A stretch of 57,771 bases of DNA, the filler included, from Sphacelaria rigidula (Eukaryota): the NCBI GenBank assembly GCA_964200075.2. It is 7 parts of 7 records of this genome, joined end to end, with 100 filler letters (N's around TTAATTAATTAA, not from the genome) between each part and the next. Parts side by side here need not be neighbours in the genome. Positions count along the whole stretch, not along the records: positions 1 to 8,168 come from CAXNAA020012051.1; positions 8,269 to 16,436 come from CAXNAA020012052.1; 5 more parts are not named here. The stretch is one strand, 5' to 3'. Below are positions 1 to 11,400 of this stretch, piece after piece; positions within the stretch are counted from its first letter, which is position 1, and the number at the start of each line of letters is the position of its first letter. The translations under genes and the position numbers were made by a program. The notes below the pieces were generated by a model, which had not been told where the DNA came from, searched no databases, and saw only the letters and a list, made by a program, of their open reading frames with translations.

Positions 1-100
1 GATGACTATGGCAAGCATGATCATGAGTACACCCCCCCCCCCCATATCCCCTTGTGCGCTCACTCTTCCTCTCAATGTGCTAAAAATGCTCATTTTCTAC

Positions 101-2113
101 CTGAGGCATATCGACGCGAGTCTGGGCGCGGCGGTTGGGATTTTCCTCCAGGAAGTACTGCAGGTTGTTGTGGGAACAGTACTGCATCTGGATGTAAAGC
201 CACAAGTCGTACACTTCCCTCGTCCCTCTCCCGCCACCCCTTCTCCTCCCTCTCCCATGACCACCCCTGTCAGCCCAGCCTCCCGCCGCACCGCGCCCCC
301 ACCGCCGCCCTTGCTGCCTCCGTAAATCTCGCCGAAGAGCAGCGGCTGCGCGATTCGGGACCTCCTGCGCCCCTTCCCCGGCGTCGCCGATGCGCGACTC
401 TCTTCCCTGTAACGTCGTTGTAGCGTCTGAACCATCGGCGGGTACGCCCGTGGCGATGTTTTGCGGCCAGCTCTTACCGCGCGGTCGACGGCTGCTGTCG
501 CTGCCCGGAGAGTTTCGTGGGACGGGGCCGGCGGCACCAGTGCCGTCCAATACGGCCCTGACGGCCGCCGCATCTAGGTGGTCTACCTTGAGGGTGGTGG
601 TGTTGCCGGCGGATGCCTCGGCGGCGGCCGCGGCAGCCAGAGTAGTCCCGGCGTCGGTCGAGCGAGCGCGGAGGTGGCGTTGGGGGGGGTGGTTGCGGTA
701 TCCGTTGTTCGTACCGGCGATCTCTGCTGTCGATAGCGCGAGAGGACTCACCCGGTTCCAACTGCAACTGTCGTCATTGTCGTCAACTTGGTCTGGGGCA
801 TGGTCGTGATTGATCTCGCCGTTGCTCCGCATACTTCTCTCTTTCTCACCATCTTCATCAGCGGCGGCGCCGTGGCGGTCTTCATCATCCGCGTCCACCT
901 TCTCCCGTGTTTCATCGCCTTCTTCCTCACTACAATGCCTCGGGGACACACTGCCGCTCGACTGTTCCTCGCCGGAGTCTGCGTCCTGCGCAATATCATC
1001 GCATGCTGCTGAGCTCTCGCCATTGCTACTGATCTCGTTGCCGCGGCAGATGTCACCAGCTCTGGACTCACCTTCCCGAGGCGAAGGATCCGCGGTTATT
1101 GTGTCGTTCCGGATAGGACACGAGTCGACCACGTACGAGCTGGCTGGAGCGGTGGAACCGGACGGCCTGCGCTCACTGTCACCCTTGGTCCATTCCTCCT
1201 CGCCAATTTCCCATTTTCCGGCTCCACCCTCGCCGGCGCCACCTGCACCGTGGCCGTCAGTAGTACCGCCGACAACGGCGATCAATCCCTCGGCGTTCTC
1301 GAACTGTCCACGAGTATCCCCGTTTCCCTCTCCATCCCCGTCGCCTTCCCGATCGAAAACGAATCCGCCCATGCTGGCCTCCTCGTCGTCTTCCATTTCC
1401 TCACCCAGCTCTCCCTCCATATCTTCGTCATCATCCTCATCCCCCTCCTCCTCATCGAACTCCCCGAACCGACCATTACCTCGCCACCGTCGCCGACCGC
1501 GCCGCCGCCCTCCGCCTCCGCCGCCGCCGACACCCCCTCGATCGTCCATACTTCGGCTGTCAACAGACCACCCGTCAACGCTGAGCTCTTCGGAAAACTG
1601 CGAACTATCAACAAATCCCTGATGACGACCATCGTTCAGTAAAGCACGCGAGGGAGAGTTCCTCCAATGTTGCTGCCAACGTGGCTCCTCGTCCCCTCCC
1701 CTACCCCCGCCGCCACGGCCACTGGTGGCGCCCGCCACGGCATCACTTCGCCGCAAATCCCCAGCTGCGGATGAAGTGAACGCTGGATTGCGTGACCCGC
1801 ACACCACCTCGTGACAACTACCGCGGCAGGCGTCATCGTTTCGCGCGGCCGTATCTCCTTCGCCGTACGGGGAATCGCCGGCGTCGGCCCTTTGCGGGCG
1901 GCAGATAGCGGTATTGTCGTAGTGCTGGTGACGACTTGTTGCAGTGCTGGCTGTGCCCATGTTGAGGCGACCAGTGCGCGTTCCCGTCGTGCCCAATCCT
2001 CCGGCCGTAGAAGACTGTCCCCAGGCGGCCGAGGTGTTGGTGTCGGATAGCGATGGCGCCTTTTCGCTCCGGAGCAGCTGCTCGTCTTCCTCAGTGAACT
2101 TTTCCAGCCAGGC
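101..2113 (-). CDS. PERK-like eIF2-alpha kinase, exon 2 (long kinase insert and subdomain V); gene continues off the contig
   Basis: Acceptor tcatcgcag|GCC restores HPNIVRYYQ|AWLE, typical of eIF2-alpha kinases. Ends with LWLYIQMQYCSHNNLQYFL (subdomain V, cf. YLYIQMEYC) and donor CAG|gtagaa at 101/100. Length 2013 bp, phase 0/0. The catalytic HRD and DFG exons are not in the window. Confidence 0.85.
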
Positions 2114-2430
2114 CTGCGATGACAATCGGTTTGTGTAAATATCATACCTGGCGTATCAAGAGAGAAAAGAGAGTCTCCGAGCGGCATAACGCAAAGCGCA
2201 CGCCTACGTACTCTGTCTATAGACTGGACATTCAACAGAAGTAGGTTCGCCTTGAAGCCATCTACGAGAAATACGATATTCAGGGGGGAATCAACCACAA
2301 ACAACTCAATTTCATGTCAACCAGCGAGAACATTCTCATTTACAAAATCGCACGTGACACCTGCTATTGTATACACCACATCTGCTGTGCATAATAAAGC
2401 ACACACACAAAAATACAAACACACGCACAC

Positions 2431-5400
2431 CTGGTAATACCGCACGATGTTGGGGTGATCCAGGAGGGCCAGGATCTTCACCTCCCGGAGGACCTTAGCC
2501 AGCTGCTGTTGCCATCGCCTGTCAGATGACAACCTGATCTTTTTCACGGCGTAGTCATGCCCGTCCAGCCGGTTCCGACACTTGTACACCGCGCCAAAAC
2601 CGCCTCGTCCGAGCTTTGGCCCTTCCACAAACTCCGTACGGAGGCGTCGGTTGGTGACCAGAAGTGCATCCGGTGCATCCCTCCCATTTTCCACACCCAC
2701 AGAGTCAGCCCCCCCGCCGACCTCCCCGCTGCCCCCCACGCAACTACCACCGCCCAACAAAATCGCGCCATGTTCTTCCTCCTCCTCCTCCTCACGCGCC
2801 AAAATTGTGCGGGGGCTCCGACTCGTTCTTCGCTCTCGATGTTCACTACCACGATCTCGTTCGCTCCACCCGTCGGAATCGACGTCTGGCCTACCGGCAC
2901 CCCTGTCGCCGGAGTGGCCTCTTCGAGACGATGCAGCTGAATCTCGCCCTTGCAGTTGTCGCTGATGCCTCCGTCGTCGCCCGGATCCGCTAGAGTGCAC
3001 AGATCCTGAGCCGTGATCGCGTGTCGCCCGCGACGCCCCCGCTCCCTTGTCGGCCGTTCTGCTGCTCTCTCTGGAGAAGACGGGAGATGATGGAGATGAA
3101 GACGAAGACGAAGACGAAGACCGAGAGGACTCATCGGAAGAATCATCTACCGAACGACGCTCGTCAGACAAGCTTTCGGGGCTGTCGATTCCTGCAGCAC
3201 CTACAATTATGATTTCATCACCAGCAGAGTTGACGAGCGGCTTCCCTGCCGCTTCGCCTCGCGCGTTTTCGGCGGCGGCCGTCTTGTGCGAAGGAGAGCC
3301 AACGGGCGAAGCAGAGTCGACGGTTGACCGGCAGAGCTGCTCTGCCGCAGCGGCGATTGTGGCGCTGGCGCCTCCCGTCCCGTGGCTGTCGCCAGCGCCA
3401 GCACCAGCACCACCCTGGTCGGCTTCATCCTGCACGCCGCTGTGTTTCTCCGGGGAGCTGTTAGCTGAGACCGCACGCATGAGGTTGCCCTCGCCGCTCG
3501 CGTGCCCGAAGAGGGACTTCCACTGCCCCTTGCCGTCACGCCGATCTCGTGGAGTCGAGGGAGAGAGGGATTGGCCCAACACTGGCAGGGAGTGCACTCG
3601 ATGGATGCTCACCGCGGTGCTGCGCTGCACGTTCCGAAGCACTTCTGCTGGAGTCGGCCCCCCGCTTCGTGAAGTTTGCTCCTTGTTACTTCCGTTGGTC
3701 CATATCCAAGAGCGCGAGCCTGTGACCGTGGACGAAGCGCTGGCGCCGTGGTGCAGCGTGGGATGCTCGAGCAAGGGTGACTCGCGGCCGCTGGTCGATG
3801 AAGACCGCGAGGACGTAAACGGTAGATTGCTTCGGAGGGCGAGAACCCCGTTCACAGCTGCCGCCGGTGGAGTGGCGCTGTTGGTACGACTGAGCCTGCC
3901 GACTGTTATGCTCCCCTTGCGGGTGATGGTCGACATATTCGCCATAGCTTCTGCGCCGTACTTGTACGCCATGTACGCCACGACTGCCACAATCACAGAT
4001 ACCAACCCGACAACCCACCCTAAAAAGCGCCACGACACGTACAGTCCCTGGTGGTCTGGGTTGAACTCACTGGCCACCGAGCTCTTCCCCGCCTGCAGAT
4101 CCCTCTCCACGCGCTCTCCCAGCGCTTGTCGCCAGTCCCCCGAGGTCACGCTTGCTCCGCTCCTGCCGTTTACATTCCCGTGCCCGGCGTCCGGGTCTGG
4201 GGGCCGCGCGTGCGGAGGGAGCTTCGATACAGGTGGTTCAATGTGCGGAAGCGCTTCAGTGGCGGCCGCTCCCATATCCCCGCCTCCGCCACGTGAGCCC
4301 CTTCCCGCGGAGTCAACGAAAGATCGGCGACTGGCCATTCCGCCCACTGGATGAGGATACCGATCGTGCGCAACAATAGCAGAATCCTCCGCCGCGGCTT
4401 GGAGAGGGCTCTTTCTCAGGGATGATGAGACGAAAAAATGTCCGTTGAGGAACCCAACCTGCGCTTGCATTTGGCCTCCATGGCGGAGTCCCGGCTGCAG
4501 GAGCCCGGGCATCCTGGAGGTGCCCGGTCGCCTGTTCGTCGTCGAGGCTACGACAGCCTTTGTTGTCTCTTCTTCATGGAAAGCGGAAGAGAACGGGCAC
4601 GTATCATCGGTCAGCTCCCCTTCTGAGCTGAGGGATGTGCTCCTATCGTCAGGACTGTCGTTTCCGCTACCGCCCTCTTCATCGGAGATGACCGATGCAT
4701 CCTTCGAAGGAAGACCTGACGCGGGATCCCACGTCGACTGGTCCACCTCGAACAGGTCGTTCGCACCGCCCTCGTTTGTGAGCAATAGCAGCGGTTCTAC
4801 TTCTTCAGGCGCACGGGACCACTCCACCTCGCCGTCTGATAGCATGTCATCTACTGAAGCCTGAGTGACCAAGCCCGTGCCGCCGGGACCCACCAGAGTC
4901 GGTGACTGCAGTGGATGCTGCGGTCCTTTTAACAGCGACATTGGGGGCGGCATGATATCGACCCACTCCCGTCCGCGTATCCCATACAGGGAAACGGCGA
5001 GCGAGGGCATCTCTCGACGCCACAGGACGCTTCCGTCTATCGGGTCCATCGCTACAACCCACGCGTTTTCCTCGTACAGGAGATAAGGGAATCGATCGAC
5101 GTGCCTGGTGCCGAACTTTTCCCTCACAATATTCTGGCGCGGGCGCCGCCTACCGCCGCCGCTCCCACTCCCATCACCCCATTCCGTTCCGGAACTTGGT
5201 CCGGCACCCCCGTCATCCCAACGTTCTCCTTCGCGGGCAAACAAAGCATCGGTATCCCAGAACTCGCTGCTCTCGCCGTCCTCACCTGCCAGCATATCAT
5301 CAGGTGGGGGTAGCAACTTCATGAGCTCTTCACCTATTTCGTGGTCGCCGAACTGCGTACGGACGGCGCGTGAGTAGCCCTCGCGGCCGGCCGCGGCGAC

Positions 5401-6450
5401 TTTGGCGCGAGTGAGCGCAGACACACCTCCCTTGCCCTCGAGATCGAGTGCGCTAAAGTGCGCTACTGTGACGAACCAAAGCTCTTCCGAGGTAACCGTG
5501 TCTAGGGCACGGACAACGTACTCGTCGCGCTGGAGCAAGAGACGGCTCTGGGCTCGTTGCGGAGTATTGCTTCCCCAGTTCCACGGACTATCCCCTCGAG
5601 TCCAGTCGGTATGCTTGCCATCGCTATGACTGCCGCCGCTGTAGCTGCCGCTGTCGGCCGACTCCTTGAACATCGGACGAGTAGGCCCGCCGCCGCCGAC
5701 CCGCGTCGCCTCGCCGGTCTCCGTGTCCAAGGAAAATAGCTCGGTGGTCTTCTCACCAATCAGGAGGCCGCAGCTCTCATCTTTCACGATTCCGTCCGAG
5801 TCCGAGCTGACCGCTAGACAAGCCATCCTTGGCTCGAGAACGAGGTCGGGTGCCGACGACATCAGAACGCTGAGTCGGCCGTCAGTGTCAAGCGAGTATA
5901 TCACCCCGTCAAGCCCCGGCACAACAAAGCCTTCCCCCAACGCATTCCTACGCGTTCCACTACTACTCGATTCATCGCCACCCTCACTGCCGTGGTCGCT
6001 TCTATCTTGCCCGCCATTTTCATCTCCGCTGCCTTCCGCCGTCGTGGATACATCGATCGTTGTGCTCGAAGACACAAGGGGCCCACCCGAGTCTGCGAAC
6101 ACTCCCCGCACGTTGCCGGTCCAGGCGTCCAGGGTATGCACATGACCGTCTACAGTCACGGCGACTACAGCGTGGTCTTCACGTTCCATGTATTCACTTT
6201 TACTTTCACGCTCACGTGTAGACGCACCCCTCGCCCCTCCCGTGCCAGCTGCCGTCGCCGTCGCCCCCGCCGCCGCCACGGGGGCTGCCAACACTATCGC
6301 TGCCCACGATAAGAACAGCAACAGAGGGGTCGCCCTCGCTCGAGCTCGCCGGCAGACGACGGTTTGACGTGTGCTGGTATTATGCCCCTCTTCTCTTCGC
6401 GCTAGCGTGGCACCGGTAGCATGCTGCCGACGTCTTCTTCGCCAGGGCAT
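2431..6450 (-). CDS. PERK-like eIF2-alpha kinase, exon 1 (signal peptide, IRE1/PERK-type luminal domain, TM helix, kinase subdomains I-IV)
   Basis: ATG at 6450. Hydrophobic leader LLLFLSWAAIVLAAPVAAA. Luminal-domain-like motifs VTVDGHVHTLDAWTG, VPGLDGVIYSL, IGEKTTELFSLDTETG, LLLQRDEYVVRALD..EELWFVTVAHFS. TM segment WRFLGWVVGLVSVIVAVVAYMAY (~3964-4033). Kinase RLRTEFVEGPKLGRGGFGAVYKCRNRLDGHDYAVKKI...VLREVKILALLDHPNIVRYYQ. Donor CAG|gtgtgc at 2431/2430. Confidence 0.88.
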
Positions 6451-8000
6451 CCTGTCAGGAAGGTCGGGTCCAGCTCGCGCACGGCATGTCCGTACTGTTG
6501 GAATAATCGGGGCCGCACCAGTCCGAATCTAACTGCAGCAAACAGCGCGGGTTGTGGGAGCAAAACAGGATTGGGGAGATAGTTTTGCAGCCCGCAGGTT
6601 TTTTGGCAGTAGGTATGAAACAGAGCAGGATGCCGGCGGACGGAGCTGTTGTCGGAGGCAGGGCGGGGGTCTTGGCGGTGCACGGCTTGCTCTGCAATAC
6701 ACAACCGTAACCGTACAGAATTGGGAGGGAATATATGCTGCGTTTAGAAGGCTGCAGGCGGTACCGTCGTTACAAGGGTTGACTTGGTTGCCACTGCACT
6801 ATGAACTCAACGGTTTTGACATGAAAAACTAAACATGCGGGAAGGGGATCCCGAGTGGTGCTACCAAACAAGGGCGGCAACTTGCCTTCTCGGAGAGAAA
6901 AACATCCGGTCTTGAAACAATGAAAACTGCACTGACCAACCTGCCATTCCGACAGGTGCGGTACTGCACCGTGAGGGACGATATGGTAGCCGTGTACTAC
7001 ACTGTGTACAGAGCTTTAGTCTGTGTCGTAGTGTATGTAGTCTAATAGTGAAACACGGTAGCATACTGATTTCGTAGACAGCGTCCGAGCAAGTATTCAA
7101 CAAGACGAAGAAAGCAGCACATACCACGGCGAAAACAAGCGAAGGTCTCCGTATGAAGCTACCCTATGATAATCTTGTGTCGCATCTAATATTCTCACCT
7201 CTTATGGGGTATATGGTCGCCTCACTTCGCGTGGTCTTCCCTCCGTTTCGCTGCCCCCCACCCCAACGCACTTGGCAGCCAGCTCTCACGATAGTTCGAC
7301 ACGCGTTTGTAGGGCAAACACTACTAAACACTACTAAGCAGAACACGAACGAATAAGTATTTCTCACCGACCCCTACCCCCTTCTGGAACAAGATGCACA
7401 AGAATCAGTACTTCACACAGAGAAATGGCTGTGGCTCCCTCCTCCGTGTCCCCTGTCCCCACCTCCCACTCAGGGCAGCTATCTATAGCTTCGCGGCGCT
7501 GTATGGTCTAGCCAGAGACAGGGGTTTTCTCGTGTGATATTTTTTGTTCAACACAACAGGAAGCAGGAAGCCTTGTGAAACTTCGGGGAGATTGCGTGTC
7601 TAGTGTTCGAGGCCTGGGATTGGGTGAAATCTAGCCGAAAACTTGAAACTGGGTCATCATTCGTTGGCCACTTGCCTGGGGATTGAGTCTGGTAAGCGGG
7701 TTATGCTCATCCGGGTCTACCTTTTGATGGTGTTTTTCTTTCAGCGTCAGGACAGTACCGCATGCAGCTCACTACACCCGTTGGATAAACTCCAACAAAG
7801 AACTTATGATTTTTTTGCGTGGTTTCTCGGGGACCTTCAACTGCGACCGCGGGTCTGAATAGATAAGCCCATTCGATAGCGGGGGGCGCTTGGGGGAGTT
7901 TCCAATAGAAGCGCCAGATGAAAGCATCTACGAGCTGATTCATGCTTTTATCACCCAAAAAACACTCAGCGGCAAAACATCACGCCGTTTTAAGCAGTTC

Positions 8001-8130
8001 GACCGACTCTTATGAGAGCCGTTCAAGTTTCCTGTTCAAAACTGCCATTTTGGCCCTTATCCGTCGTTTTACGCCTGAAAAGACGGCTAGGCGGATGTGG
8101 ACGCCTTGGAATGACTTGCACTACTCATTA
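8001..8130 (+). mobile_element. Partial copy (one arm) of the GACC...GGTC foldback MITE seen complete at 25211-25590
   Basis: gaccgactcttatgagagccgttcaag...ggaatgacttgcactactca aligns with 25211-25340. Confidence 0.75.
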
Positions 8131-8168
8131 ACAGCCGATTTTCGAAAATGGGGTTGAAAAAATAAATG

Positions 8169-8268
8169 NNNNNNNNNNNNNNNNNNNNNNNNNNNNNNNN
8201 NNNNNNNNNNNNTTAATTAATTAANNNNNNNNNNNNNNNNNNNNNNNNNNNNNNNNNNNNNNNNNNNN
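8169..8268. other. Artificial contig-join linker (N44-TTAATTAATTAA-N44); identical linkers at 16437-16536, 24704-24803, 32971-33070, 41238-41337, 49505-49604
   Basis: Identical 100-bp spacer with stops in all six frames recurs every 8267-8268 bp, consistent with concatenated, length-sorted contigs. Confidence 0.97.
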
Positions 8269-8420
8269 TGCAACCAACATATCGGGTATACCTTTAATAA
8301 CAGAACTGTATCTCTTATATGCCCTTCACCCATATGTCATAATCCAATCACAATATCCATTTCCAACTCATCCAGGCCTGTCCGCGTGTATCCAACATTG
8401 AGTGTGAGTATAATCGATTA

Positions 8421-11400
8421 AAGCGCTCTTGTGACCGAGTGTAACAGCTTCACACGCGTGATCTGCACTTTTCGTTCCGCGCGACGAAACAAAATGAAAC
8501 AAAAAAGCTTGGCTCAATTGTTTTCGCCCGCGGATCGTTCATAGTTTGGAGCCAGCTGCTGCACACACCCGCACACCATGGATGTCGTGCACAGCATGCT
8601 GCCGACTGCAACACGCTGCTATGTCGTCGCTGGCTGCAGCCATTTCTTCTGCTCAGCCGGCGCTCGTGCTACCAACAAGCTCTTGCCAAGCGCTCTTGCT
8701 ACCGAGTGCAACGGCAGCACACGCGTGATCTGCACTTTTCGTTTCACGCGACGGAGCAAAATGAGAAGCGAAAAAGCTTGACTCGGTTTTTCTCTCCCGC
8801 GGATCGTTCACATTTTGCAACCAGTCACTGCACATACCCGCGCACCATGGATGTCGCGTACTAGCATGCTGCCGACTGCAGCACGCTGGTATGTTGTCGC
8901 TCGCTACAGCCATTTCTCCTGCTCGGCCGGCGCCGGTGCTACCAACCAACAAACTGTTGCCAAGCGCTCTCGTTACCGAGTGCAACAGAATGGAGCGCGT
9001 GATCTGCACTCTTCATTTCGCGGGACGAAACAAAATGGAAACAGAAAAAGCTTGACTCGGTTCTTCTCGTCCCCGGATCATTCACATTTTGCAGCCAGCC
9101 ACTGCGCACACCCGCACACCATGGATGTCGTGTACAGCATGCTGCCGACTGCAACACGCTGCTTTTTTGTCGCTCGCTACAGCCACTTCTTCCGCTTAGC
9201 CAGCGCCCGTGCCACCAACAAGTTGTTGTCTAGAGGTCTTGTTACCAAATGCAGCACACGCGTGATCTGCACTTTTCGTTTCGCGCGACGGAACAAAATG
9301 GAAACAGGAAAAGCCTGGCTCGGTTTTTCTCTCCCGCCGATGGTCCACATTTTGCAGCCAGCCACAGCACACACCCGCGCACCATGGATGTCGTGTACAG
9401 CATGCTGCCGACTGCAACGTGCTTTTACATTGTCGCTCGCTACAGCCACTCCTTCTGTCAGCCAGCGATCGTGCGACCAACAAGCTCTTGCAAAGCGCTC
9501 TTGTTACCAAGTGCAACAGCAGCACACGCGTGCTCTGCACTTTTCGTTTCGCGCGACGAAAACAAATGGAAACAGAGAAAGCTTGGCTCGGTTTTCCTCG
9601 CCCGCGGATCACTCATATTTCGCAGCCGTCGTGTACAACATGCTGCCGACTGCAACACGCTGCTATGTCGTCGCTCGCTACAGCCATTTCTTCCACTCAG
9701 CCAGCGCCCGTGCTACCAACGAGGTGTTGTCAATCGCTCTTGTTACCGATTGCGACAGCAGCACACGCGTGAGTTGCACTTTTCGTTTATCGCGATGAAA
9801 CGAAATCGAAACAGAAAAGCCTTTGCTCGGTTTTTGTCTTTTCGGATCGTCCACATTTTGCAGCCAGCCATTGCACACACCAGCGCACCACGGATGTCGT
9901 ATACAGCATGCTGCCGACTGCAACACGCTGCTATGATGTAACTGGCCTGGGCCACTTCCTCTGCTCAGCAAGCGCCCGTGCTACCAACGAGCTGCTGCCA
10001 AGCGCTCTTGTTACCGAGTGCGACAGCAGCACACGCATGATCTGCACTTTTCGTTTCGTGCGACAGAACAAAATGGAAACAGGAAAAGCTTGACTCGGTT
10101 TTGCTCGCCCGCGGATCGTTCACATTGAGCAGCCAACCACTGCACACACCCGCGCACCATAGATGTCGTGTACAGCATGCTGCCTACTGCAATACGCTGC
10201 TATGTCGTCGCTCGCTACAGCCATTTCTTCTGTCAGCCAGCGCTTGTGCTGCCAACAAGCTGTTGCCAAGCGCTTTTGTCGCCGAGTGCAATAGCAGCAC
10301 ACGCGAGATTCGAACTTTTCGTTCCGCGCGACGGAATAAAATGGGGATAGAAAAAGCTTGGCTCGGTTTTTCTCGTCCGCGGATCGTTCACATTTTGCCG
10401 CCGTCGTGTACAGCATGCTGCCGACTGCAACACGCCGCTATGTCGTCGCTCGCTACAGCCACGTCCTCTTTTCAGCCAGCGCCCGTGCTACCAACGAGCT
10501 AATGCCAGGCGCTTTTTTCACCAAGGGCAACAGCAGCACACGCGTGGTCTGCACTTCTTGTTTCGCGCGACGGAACGAAATTAAAACGGAAACGTCTTGA
10601 CTCGGTTTTTCTCGTCCGCGGATCGGCCACATTCTGCAGCCGTCGTGTACAGCATGCTGCCGACTGCAACACGCTGCTATTATGTCGTGGCTCGCTACAG
10701 CCACATCCTTTGCTCAGCCAGCACCCGTGCTACCAACGAGCTGTTGCACAGCGCTCTTGCTACCGAGTGCAACAGCAGCACACGCGTGATCTGCACTTTT
10801 TGTGTCGCGCGAGGAAACAAAATTGGTACAGAGAATGCTTGGCTCGGTTTTTCTCGCTTCGGATCGTTCACATTTTGCAGCCAGCCACTGCACACACCCG
10901 CGCACCATGGATGTCGCGTACAGCATGCTGCGGACTGCAACACGCTGCTATGCCGTCGCTTGCTACAACGATTTCTTCCGCTCAACCAGCGATCATGCTA
11001 CCAACGAGCTGTTGCAGAGCGCTCTTGCTACCGAGTGCAACAGCAGCACACGCGTGATCTGCACTTTTTGTTCCGCGCGACGGGACGAAATGGAAACAGA
11101 GAATGCTTGGCTCGGTTTTTCTCGCCCGCGGATCGTTCACATGTTGCAGCAAGCTACTACACACACCCGCGCGCCATGGATGTCGTGTACAGTATGCTGC
11201 CGACTGCAACACGCTGCTATGTCGTCGCTCGCTACAGCCACGTCCTCTGCTCAGCCAGCGCCCGTGCTACCAACGAGCTCTTGCCAAGCGCTGTTGTTAC
11301 CGAGTGCAACAGCAGCACACGCGTGATCTGCACTTTCCGTTTCGCGCGACGAAACAAAATGGAAACGGGAAAAGCTTGACTCGGTTTTTCTCGCCCGCGT

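Noticed and set aside
3047-4354. 435-aa plus-strand ORF and other antisense ORFs over the kinase and protease genes
   Set aside because: These are shadow ORFs of GC-rich coding sequence on the opposite strand, with no motifs.
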